A stretch of 64,000 nucleotides of DNA from the NCBI GenBank assembly GCA_963727895.1, contig CAVSHT010000003.1:128001-192000 (forward strand), written 5' to 3'. Positions 10,177 to 20,438 of the stretch are shown here, piece after piece. How positions within the stretch are numbered: the first letter of the stretch is position 1; each line of letters opens with the position of its first letter. This DNA comes from an uncultured Methanosarcinaceae archaeon. GTDB lineage: Archaea > Halobacteriota > Methanosarcinia > Methanosarcinales > Methanosarcinaceae. The position numbers and the translations under genes were made by a program. A model generated the notes under the pieces. That model worked only from the letters and a program-made list of their open reading frames with translations, had not been told where the DNA came from and did no database searches.

Positions 10177-13100
10177 TTGCTTAGTAATGATATTAGCAGA
10201 GGTGAAAAAGTTTTAACATCGGTGGTAGCTGACCTTATTAAATGCGATGAGTTCATGATTTATGTGGCGTTTATAACAAGCAGTGGAGTAACAGTGTTGT
10301 TAAACACTCTAAGCGACCTGGAACAACTTGGTGTGAAGGGTCGGATTATTGCATCTCAATATCAGAATTTCACAGATCCTATTGCCCTAAAGCGTTTACT
10401 ACATTTTAAGAATATTAAGTTGCGTATAGTCACCGAAGATAAAGCTAATATGCACACTAAAGGATATATTTTTAGAAAAGGCGAAAAGTATTCAATTATT
10501 ATTGAAAGTAGCAACCTTACACAAAATGCTCTTTGTGAGAATAAAGAATGGAATCTTAAAGTTAGTTCCTGCCGTACTGGTGGAATAGTAAACAACGTTG
10601 TTTTTGAATTTGAAGCCATGTTTGAACTTGCAACGACGGTTGATGATAATTGGCTTGCTAAATACTCACACATTTACCGTACCGCAAAAGAATCTAAACA
10701 TATGGCAGCATTATCTGTCGAAAAAGAAACAATTAAACATACAACTATTAACCCAAATAGGATGCAAGTTTCCGCATTGGAGGCTTTATCCAATCTGCGC
10801 AGTCACAATGCTGAGCGCGCTTTGGTAATTTCGGCTACTGGAACCGGAAAAACATATTTGTCGGCGTTTGATGTTAGAACTATTAATCCTAAAAAATTCC
10901 TATTTGTTGTTCATCGTGAGATCATTGCTAAAGATGCAATGGAGAGTTACAAGCGTATAATCCAAAACGGAAAAAGTATGGCTGTAATGAGTGGCGGTAA
11001 CAAAGCAAACGCTGACTATATATTTGCTATGATCCAAACACTATCAAAGGATGAAGTTCTTTATCAGTTTCGTCCAGATGAGTTTGATTATATTGTATTT
11101 GATGAAGTTCATAGAGCTGGTGCTTCTTCGTATCAAAAAGTTTTCAACTATTTTAAGCCCAGATTCTTGTTGGGTATGTCGGCAACACCAGAGAGAACAG
11201 ACGGATTTGATATCTTCAAGATGTTTGATTATAACGTCGCTTACGAAATTCGTCTCCAGCAAGCAATGAAGGAAGGAATGATATGTCCCTTCCACTATTT
11301 TGGAATTTCCGAACTCACAATAGATGGTAAGGTCATTGGAGACAAGGCGGAATTCAGCAAGCTAACATCTAAGGAGAGAGTGCGCAATATTATTGAAAAG
11401 ATAGAGTACTATGGATTCAGTGGTGATCGTGTAAAAGGTCTAATATTCTGCAGTAGAAAAGAGGAAGCTGTTGCACTATCTACAAAATTTAATGAATATG
11501 GATATCGAACCTGCGCACTTCTTGGCATTGACAATCAGATTGAGCGTGAATCTGCAATAAAACGACTTGAGCAAGATGAGTATGAAAGTGCACTCGATTA
11601 TATTTTTACCGTTGACATTTTTAATGAAGGAGTGGATATACCGGCTGTAAATCAGGTTGTCATGCTTAGACCTACTCAATCCGCAATTATCTTTGTCCAG
11701 CAATTAGGCAGAGGCCTGCGTAAAAAGGAAAACAAGGAATACGTTGTTGTCATTGATTTCATTGGTAACTATGAGAAGAACTTTTTAATTCCGATTGCCC
11801 TTTCCGGAGATCAAACTTACAACAAAGATACAATACGCAGATTTGTTACTGAAGGTAATCGTGTAATTCCTGGTTGTTCAACAGTAAACTTTGATGCGAT
11901 AACTCGTGAACGTATTTATGCTTCTATTGATCAAGCTAACTTTAATGATTCAAAACTAATCAAAGAATCCTATCTGTCTCTTAAACAACGTCTTGGCAGG
12001 ATTCCTCGGTTAGAAGAGTTTGCAGAATATGGTTCTGTTGATATTATTCGCATTTTTGATAAATTTGGTTCATATCATAATTTTCTCAGACGTCATGAAA
12101 AAACATATGCAATAAACCTTTATTCAATTGAATCGACATATATTGAGTTTATTTCCACAAGATATGCTAATGGCAAAAGACCGCATGAACTTGAGTTCAT
12201 CAAGTTACTTGTTAATGGTCATCCAGATCCAATTGCTGGATTTAAGGAAGTAATGAATACAAAATATTCAGCAATTAAATTCACTGAACAAACTATAACT
12301 TGTGTCTTAAATCAAATGATGCAAATGTTTGCCAAAGGTACAGGAAAGAATGCTTATCGTTCAGCTGTCTTCGTAAACAGGACAAACTCTGGTGAATATA
12401 AGATCTCAAAAGAATTTTCTACGCTTCTTACAAATAACAAATTCGAGGCAATGGTACTAGATTTGATAGCGTTAGGATTAGAAAGAAATACCTTGTTATA
12501 TGGCGAACGATATCAAGATACAAATATTCAGCTTTACCAAAAATACACATATGATGATGTATGCAAATGTTTAGATTGGCCTCAGGGAGAGGTTTCATTG
12601 AATATTGGTGGATACAAATTCCACAAGGTAACTAATACATACCCTGTCTTTATAAATTATAACAAAAAAGATGATATTGAGGACACAATCAAGTACGAAG
12701 ACCGCTTTCTGTCGCCATTCTCACTTATTGCAATTTCCAAATCAGGTAGATCTATATCTTCTGATGATGTCCAGCAAGCTTTAAATGCCCAAAAAAACGG
12801 TGTAGACTTGTGCTTGTTTGTTCGTAAAAATAAGGATGATAAAATTTCAAAAGAGTTCTACTACTTAGGCCGTATGTTCGCTAATGGATACATAAAAGGG
12901 TATTGTTAACTAAACATAGTTAACTTTTTATTTCTGTATTTCATCAATAGAATAACCAAGTACTTTAGCATTTCAAGACTTTTTGTATAACACTTTGTCT
13001 TTCTTCTCAACCTTGCCAAAAAGTGCTTCAATATGCTGTTATATCCTTCAACAGTATACGTTTCTGCTTTTGATTGAGTATGGATCTTTTCTGGAAGAAA

Positions 13101-13744
13101 CTCTGCATATGCCCTCCAGTGATCTGTCATCACTTCTCCAATGTCTTTTTTCTTCAATTTTTCCCAGAGTAGTTTTCCAGTTTCTGTTCCTCTGCTACCA
13201 AAAGAGCAGTTGATGAACTTTTTTCCAACTCTATCAATAGCAATCCAGATCCAGCAATATTTTTTTTGTTACCGATGTAAGTGTGCATTTCATCCATTTC
13301 AACAATAGATATCTCATTTTCACTTTTTAGGTCCTCTAACTCCTGACCAAATTTCTTTATCCATCTTTGGACAGAAACATGACTCACCCCTAAAAATCGT
13401 CCTATTGAACGAAAGCCTAATCCTTCAAGGTAAAGTTGTAAAGCCTGTTTTTTAACAGAGGCGGAAAAAGCAGTTGATTTTAGCTCTACTGTATAGTTAT
13501 AGCCACAATCATGGCATTTGTAGCGTTGACGCCCGCCAACTATACCGTTCTTTTTGTAATTAGAACTATTGCATCTGGGGCAGTTCATGAAGAAATATAC
13601 TTTCTAATAGTATATAACTATTTTTGTTTACCAATGCCCATAAAAGAATTTGTCATGCCAAATACAACCAAAAAAGCTGTGGAAATTGGCTATTCTCTTC
13701 AAACGCCTATCAGGGATGACATCTTTAACTACTTAGTTGGGTAA
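10177..13744 (+). pseudogene. PLD-nuclease / SF2 helicase / DUF3427 protein, interrupted near the C-terminus by IS1 copy 2
   Basis: HTKGY...SSNLT; ATGTGKT, DEVH, SATP, QQLGRGLR; frame resumes after the IS as IKEFVMP...DIFNYLVG* (to 13744); frame is open upstream to 10075 without an ATG. Confidence 0.88.
12899..13638 (-). mobile_element. IS1-family insertion sequence, copy 2 (740 bp)
   Basis: Terminal IRs; 8-bp TSD CATAAAAG at 12891-12898 and 13639-13646; insA 13154-13588; A8 frameshift site. Confidence 0.97.
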
Positions 13745-13914
13745 CTTGCATAGACATTCAACTTGCCAGATTAACAAAAGTGATGTGTATATATCCGTTC
13801 TTCTGAAAAATCAATATTACAGTGAAGCTCTTTTGGAAAAAACGCTCTCCGACTTTTATTCTAACTTTAAGATACTTTGACCGTTCCTATTTTAACCCTA
13901 CTTCCCGCACTATT

Positions 13915-13954
13915 ATAGGTATTAAGAAACAAACATAGGTATTAAGAAACAAAC
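13915..13954. repeat. Perfect 20-bp tandem duplication
   Basis: ATAGGTATTAAGAAACAAAC x2. Confidence 0.85.
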
Positions 13955-14093
13955 TTGAACTTTGGTATACAAATATAATTTTTAAAACTTGTTTGGACTT
14001 CTCTTCTTCTTCTGAGACTACACCTTTAAATCTCATCCCTCCCTTTTCTACCCCATAATATAACTCTTATAAATTTTATTTGGTGATTTTTTT

Positions 14094-16953
14094 ATGAAGA
14101 ATAGGCTTTACAAAGATTATCCTGATGATTTCGGGGAGCTTACTGTTGACGTTTTACATATGGATCTTGTGTTTGATGTTTATGATGACAGGACGAATGT
14201 GAAGTCCGTGCTCAAGGTCCGGACAAAGGATGCTCCTATAGAGAAGCTGGAACTAAACTGCAGAGACCTTGAGATCAGGGCTGTAAGCTGCTTCCAGTGC
14301 GAGGTTTCTTACAGATACCGGAAAGATGATGCGATTCTTGAAATCACCTTCAGGGACGAAATTCAACCGCATAAAGAGGTTTCTGTCATAACGGATACGG
14401 TTTGCAGGCCGACGCGAAATATCCTTGAAGGGCTTTATTACGACGAAACGCCGGCAGGTGCTCCTCCTCAGCAGATCACGCAGTGTCAGCAGTGGGGGTT
14501 CCAGAGAATTGTGCCTTGCATTGATGATATGGCCGCAAAATGTACTTACAAAACTACAATTATTGCGGATTCACGGTACACGAACCTCATTACGAATGGA
14601 GATGTCGTGGTTGAGAGGCATACCGTAAAGCCTGGGCGAGACAAAATCGTATATGATAACACAGTCACACCGATGGCAACTTATCTCTTTTTCCTGGGAG
14701 TTGGGACTTATGCAACTTTTAAACGGGAATTTGAGTACCCTGACGGAGGCACTTTCATGCTGGAACTGCTTGCGCCGCCTGAGTCAGATAAAGATGCAGC
14801 CGAAAAAGCACTTGACATTCTGCACGATGCTGTTATGTGGATTTACTTTTTCACAGGGCCTGAACAGTTCGATAAAGAGAAGCTGCCTGTCAGGAAAGAT
14901 CTCTGGGAACTTGTCCGCCTGAGAGAAAAGATAAAACTTGAGGCAAATCCTGAATCTAATCTGGAAGAACTTCAAAAAATAAGGGATAAGCTTGCCGAGC
15001 TTGACAGAACCATCAGTCCTGGATACAGGTACACGGGTACAGTATACAGAGAAATCGGAATGCAGAACTCAGATTTCGGAGGCATGGAAAACGTAGGGAA
15101 TACAACCATCACCACAAACCGCATAATGCCTTTTCCGCAGATTACTGATCCTGCTTTTGAATATATGGCCAGAGTTAAGGTTCACGAATATTACCATAAT
15201 CAGAATGGGTCAGAGGTCACAGGACAAAGCCCGTTTGAGATCTGGCTTAACGAAGCCGTAACAGTTCATATTGAAGAACAGCATCATGCGTTCCTCTTTG
15301 GCGAGGATTACGACAGGCTTGACAGGGTGCTTGAACTGCTTGCACCGGCTTCAGGTACATTTGCCCTGGATTCCGGGGCAGCTTCCATGCCAATAATTCC
15401 TGAAGGCTTTAACGATCCAAATGACCTGATTACCGCAGTCACTTACGTAAAAGCTCCGGAATACGTGCGTATGGTTGAGACTCTTATAGGCAAAGATACT
15501 TTTGTAAGAGGTCTTGACAGGTACTTTAAAAAGTTCAAGCATTCCAATGCAACTACTCATGACTGGATTGAAGCTATGGAAGAAGAAAGCGGGCAGCCTT
15601 TAAAAGAAATGTCTGATACATGGCTGAGACAGATAAAGTTCCCAGTAGTTGAAGTTTCAGCTGAATACGATAAAGCTGCCAGAAAGTTCAAGTTCTTCGT
15701 CAAACAAAAAGTTCCAGAAGGCTTCATACCCTGGGAATTTCCGTTTAGGGCAGCTCTGGTTGATGAAAACGGAAACGATCTTGTCGAAATCCTGGAAAGA
15801 ATTTCAGGGGAGACTTCAGAGATTACGGTTGAAAATGTGGATATGCCAGCTTTCTTATCTCTCAACAGGGGCTATTCTTTCTACGGAAAACTCGTATACA
15901 GGGCAAGCAACGATGAGCTCATGAAGCAGGTAAGAAAAGACACTGATACCATCGGCAGGTTTACGGCCTTCTATACTCTTGTTGACAGGGAAAAACTCAG
16001 GCTTCTTAAAAATTCCGAAGCAAAGCCCTCTGAAGACTTTATCGAACTCTATTACAGGCTTCTCAATGACCGGCAGCTCCTCGAAAAAGCAGGAGGGCAG
16101 TTCCTGACCATTTTTGAATCTGTAGAAGATGAAGAGTTTGCCCACAGTTACCAGGAACTTTATGATGTTAAGACAGAAACTCCTGAAAGCCGTTGCCTGG
16201 AAGTACAGGAATTCTGTGATCTCTGCCTATCGTTTCTTTGAAGACGCCTCGGTCCCCAGGGATTCAACTCTTGAGGAGACAGCAAGAGTAATCAAAAACA
16301 GGCAGGCTAAAAATGTCTGTCTTGGCATCCTTGCAACTCTTGATACTCCTGAGATTCATGCAATGATAAAACAGCAGTTCGAAACTGCAACCTGTGCAAC
16401 GGACCGGCTGAGCGCATTTGCTGCATACCTGAACAGTTCGGCGCCCGACAAAATTGAAGTCCTGAGAGCCTTTGAAGCGGAGTCAAAGAAAAATCTCGTT
16501 GCCTGGGAAGCTTTCCTCTCTGTAATAGGAAGCAACAGCAGCATTGACGCAGTGGAACTCGTAAGGGAAATGGAAAGGTCAGACGCTTTCAGGATCGAGC
16601 AGACAAATGACCAGCGTGCCCTTTATGGAAGCTTTGCCCGCAACCGGAAAAAATCACTTCAGACCGAGGAAGGCAGGGCTCTCTTTGCAGAAATCCTGAG
16701 AAAACTTGCTCCTGTAAACGAATACACTACAGTCAATTTGCTCAATGCTTTTGCAAATATAGACCTGATGGAGACAAAATACCATATTCCACTGGTAAAT
16801 ATCCTGGCAGACCTTCTCGGAGAACTTGACTCTCAGAAGTTCCCAAGTGTGTACAACAGAATACGAAAACTTCTGCTGGGAGCTCCTAAAGCTGTCAAAA
16901 CATACAGTATAGAGCATGGAGAAATTCCGGGTCTGAATCCGGAAAAGAAATAA
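14094..16953 (+). pseudogene. pepN: M1 family aminopeptidase N, split by a +1 frameshift near 16170 (or a sequencing error)
   Basis: GGMEN, HEYYH...NEA zinc motif; ORF 14094-16241 continues in ORF 16129-16953 (...YDV|RQKLLKAVA). Confidence 0.88.
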
Positions 16954-17192
16954 AATTTTTCGGAGAAACAGGTTATTCAAAAGCATTAGTTCGGAATAAT
17001 CGAGCACTATAAACAAAATAAGGTAATTCCGACGGATCTGGAAATAAAGGATTTCGGAAATGAAAAATCTGAAAATACCCCTATCTTTCCGGAAATTTGT
17101 TTTTGTACCTATTCAATGATATTCTGATTTTTTTGCTTCAAATTTTCCTTCTGATCTCTAGAATCGCTTCTCAGGTTATATTCCCGTAAAAA

Positions 17193-17579
17193 AACAGTTT
17201 ATCTCATTTGGAGATATTTACTGAAATTATTTACTGAATATATTGAGTTTTGAAATTGAATTTTAAAATCAAATACAGGAAGAATATTGGCTTTGATACT
17301 TAAACATAGATATATATTATTAAACAGTTCTATCTCATTTGGAGATATTTACTGAAATTATTTACTGAATATATTGAGTTTTGAAATTGAATTTTAAAAT
17401 CAAATACAGGAAGAATATTGGCTTTGATACTTAAACATAGATATATATTATTAAACAGTTCTATCTCATTTGGAGATATTTACTGAAATTATTTACTGAA
17501 TATATTGAGTTTTGAAATTGAATTTTAAAATCAAATACAGGAAGAATATTGGCTTTGATACATAAACATAGATATATAT
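17193..17579. repeat. 131-bp tandem triplication spanning the host/IS left-end junction
   Basis: AGAATATTGGCTTTGATAC at 17281, 17412 and 17543; ATCTCATTTGGAG at 17201, 17332 and 17463. Confidence 0.95.
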
Positions 17580-18290
17580 GCTTATAACTGATATTTCTTC
17601 ATGAACTGCCCCAGATGCAATAGTTCTAATTACAAAAAGAATGGTATAGTTGGCGGGCGTCAACGCTACAAATGCCATGATTGTGGCTATAACTATACAG
17701 TAGAGCTAAAATCAACTGCTTTTTCCGCCTCTGTTAAAAAACAGGCTTTACAACTTTACCTTGAAGGATTAGGCTTTCGTTCAATAGGACGATTTTTAGG
17801 GGTGAGTCATGTTTCTGTCCAAAGATGGATAAAGAAATTTGGTCAGGAGCTAGAGGACCTAAAAAGTGAAAATGAGATATCTATTGTTGAAATGGATGAA
17901 ATGCACACTTACATCGGTAACAAAAAAAATATTGCTGGATCTGGATTGCTATTGATAGAGTTGGAAAAAAGTTCATCAACTGCTCTTTTGGTAGCAGAGG
18001 AACGGAAACTGGAAAACTACTCTGGGAAAAATTGAAGAAAAAAGAGATTGGAGAAGTGATGACAGATCACTGGAGGGCATATGCAGAGTTTCTTCCAGAA
18101 AAGATCCATACTCAATCAAAAGCAGAAACGTATACTGTTGAAGGATATAACAGCATATTGAAGCACTTTTTGGCAAGGTTGAGAAGAAAGACAAAGTGTT
18201 ATACAAAAAGTCTTGAAATGCTAAAGTACTTGGTTATTCTATTGATGAAATACAGAAATAAAAAGTTAACTATGTTTAGTTAACAATACC
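17551..18290 (+). mobile_element. IS1-family insertion sequence, copy 3 (740 bp)
   Basis: TSD AGAATATT at 17543-17550 and 18291-18298; insA 17601-18035; insB frame to 18283; A8 slippery site. Confidence 0.97.
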
Positions 18291-18458
18291 AGAATATTTA
18301 TTCCAGAGATAATAAATCTAATCAGGAAGCTTTTTTGGAGTTCAATACAGGAAGCTTTTTATTGATTTCAATATTTGGTTTTTAAGGGGGGATTAAAAGG
18401 ACATTTCAATATTTTGAAGGCTTGTTAATCGAGGCATTCTCTTTCTCTATTCAATATC

Positions 18459-18734
18459 ATGGGCTCTTTTCTCATAATATACGGTGGCATCAGGTCAATG
18501 TTTGGGGTTTTTCTCATTGAAGTTTTAAAGAAACCTCAAAGCTATCAGGAAGTAAGAAAAGAGCTTACAAACAAAATCGTCTTTGGACTTGAATTTTTCA
18601 TTGCAGCCGATGTTCTTGAAACAGTACGAAATCCTTCTCAGGAAGAACTGCTTCTGCTTGGTATGGTCGTATTGATAAGGACAGTTCTTGGTTATTTCCT
18701 CAGCAAGGAAGTTGTGGAATGTCAGCTTGATTGA
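18459..18734 (+). CDS. DUF1622 membrane protein (N-terminus possibly truncated)
   Basis: GLEFFIAADVLETV and IRTVLGYFL.KE motifs. Confidence 0.8.
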   Translation: MGSFLIIYGGIRSMFGVFLIEVLKKPQSYQEVRKELTNKIVFGLEFFIAADVLETVRNPSQEELLLLGMVVLIRTVLGYFLSKEVVECQLD

Positions 18735-19027
18735 AACACAGTTGTGGAATACTAGCGATTGAAACATGGTTGAAACATTGAAATCCTTCAAGATGGTATT
18801 TCTGTCGCTACGGAAATATTATTAAGTCTAAGTACAGTACAACTCTAAAAACAGTATGATTTAAAAGCAATTAAAGTGTAAGGATACAAAATATTATTAA
18901 ACTCTAATATTATACTATTCGAAATCCAGATTATGCTGCCTAAACTCGGGCTATGCTAACACTAGTCAGTATGAGTAAAACCCGGAATCCAAAAAATTCA
19001 AAATTATCAGATACAGGAGACAATTTA

Positions 19028-20245
19028 ATGTATCATCTCAAATGTATCGAATGCGATGCAGAGTATTCCAAAGATGAAGTAATCTATACATGCAGCAAAT
19101 GTGATGGGCTGCTTGACGTTATTTATGACTACTCCTCAATAAAAATTGATATGGAAAAACTGAAGACTGAGTGCCCTTCGGTCTGGAAGTATGCAAAACT
19201 TCTTCCTATAGAAAGAGAGCCTATAACAATTCGGGAAGGTGGGACTCCTCTCTATAAATGTGACCGTCTGGCCAAAAAAATAGGGATTAAAGAGCTCTAT
19301 GTAAAGCACGAAGGTATGAATCCAACAGGTTCATTTAAGGACAGAGGAATGACTGTCGGGGTTACAAAAGCACTTGAACTGGGCATGAACACTGTTGCCT
19401 GTGCATCTACAGGAAACACATCTGCAGCTCTTGCAATCTACGGAGCAAAAGCCGGAATTCCTGTAATTGTACTTTTGCCTGCGGGAAAAGTTGCTCTTGG
19501 AAAAGTTGCTCAGGCTCTCATGCATGGAGCAAAAGTTCTCAGCATTCGCGGAAATTTTGACGACGCACTTGCTCTTGTGCGTACTCTCTGTTCCCAGGAG
19601 AAAATTTATCTCTTAAACTCAATCAACCCTTACAGACTGGAAGGTCAGAAGACCATCGGTTTTGAGATTGCAGACCAGCTCGGTTTCAAGGTACCTGACA
19701 GAGTTGTCCTGCCTGTCGGAAACGCAGGAAATATTACAGCCATTTGGAAGGGTTTCAGGGAATTTAAGACACTCGGTATAACTGATTCGCTTCCTAAGAT
19801 GACTGGAATCCAGGCTGCAGGCTCCTGTCCGATTGTAAAAGCCATAAAGGATGGAGCTCCTGATATCACTCCTGAAGAAAACCCCGAAACCGTTGCAACT
19901 GCAATCAGAATAGGAAATCCTGTTAACGCGAGAAAAGCTCTTGCTGCCATAAGGGATTCCAATGGGACTGCAGAATCCGTAACAGACGAAGAAATCCTTG
20001 CAGCTCAGAAAGACCTTGCAAGGCTTGAAGGCATAGGTGTTGAACCTGCAAGTGCAACCTCGGTTGCAGGGCTTAAGAAACTGGTTGATATGGGAGTAAT
20101 AAGCAGAGACGAGACTGTTGTCTGCATTACCACAGGACACCTGCTTAAAGACCCGCAGACTGTAATTGATGTCTGCGAAGAGCCTACTGTTGTGGATGCA
20201 AATATTGGCGCAATCAGGGAAGCTATCTTCGGAAAGGCAAAATAA
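19028..20245 (+). CDS. thrC: Threonine synthase
   Basis: NPTGSFKDRG PLP lysine, ASTGNTS, PVGNAGN; N-terminal CxxC...CxxC. Confidence 0.96.
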   Translation: MYHLKCIECDAEYSKDEVIYTCSKCDGLLDVIYDYSSIKIDMEKLKTECPSVWKYAKLLPIEREPITIREGGTPLYKCDRLAKKIGIKELYVKHEGMNPTGSFKDRGMTVGVTKALELGMNTVACASTGNTSAALAIYGAKAGIPVIVLLPAGKVALGKVAQALMHGAKVLSIRGNFDDALALVRTLCSQEKIYLLNSINPYRLEGQKTIGFEIADQLGFKVPDRVVLPVGNAGNITAIWKGFREFKTLGITDSLPKMTGIQAAGSCPIVKAIKDGAPDITPEENPETVATAIRIGNPVNARKALAAIRDSNGTAESVTDEEILAAQKDLARLEGIGVEPASATSVAGLKKLVDMGVISRDETVVCITTGHLLKDPQTVIDVCEEPTVVDANIGAIREAIFGKAK

Positions 20246-20438
20246 ACATGAAAAACGGATAACAGTTAAAAGGTTTATCGAACCGAAATCCGGCTCCTTT
20301 AATCCTTATAGGTTTCTTTATACGGCTTAAAGCTATTAGAAACCATTTACTGTTATTTACATTTTTTATAGTTGTATTTAATTTTTTCAATTGAACCAAG
20401 TTTTTAAAAATCAGAACAATCGATGGGCGTGTACACGA

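Noticed and set aside
17193..17579. 131-bp repeats as a CRISPR array
   Set aside because: Units are contiguous and near-identical with no unique spacers.
12899..18290. Composite transposon or inversion formed by IS copies 2 and 3 around pepN
   Set aside because: Each copy has its own intact 8-bp TSD, indicating independent insertions.
18729..18783. Repeated (G)ATTGAAAC resembling CRISPR repeat 3' ends
   Set aside because: Only 8-9 bp recur, spacing is irregular (28, ~11, 8 bp), with no full repeat, spacers or cas genes.
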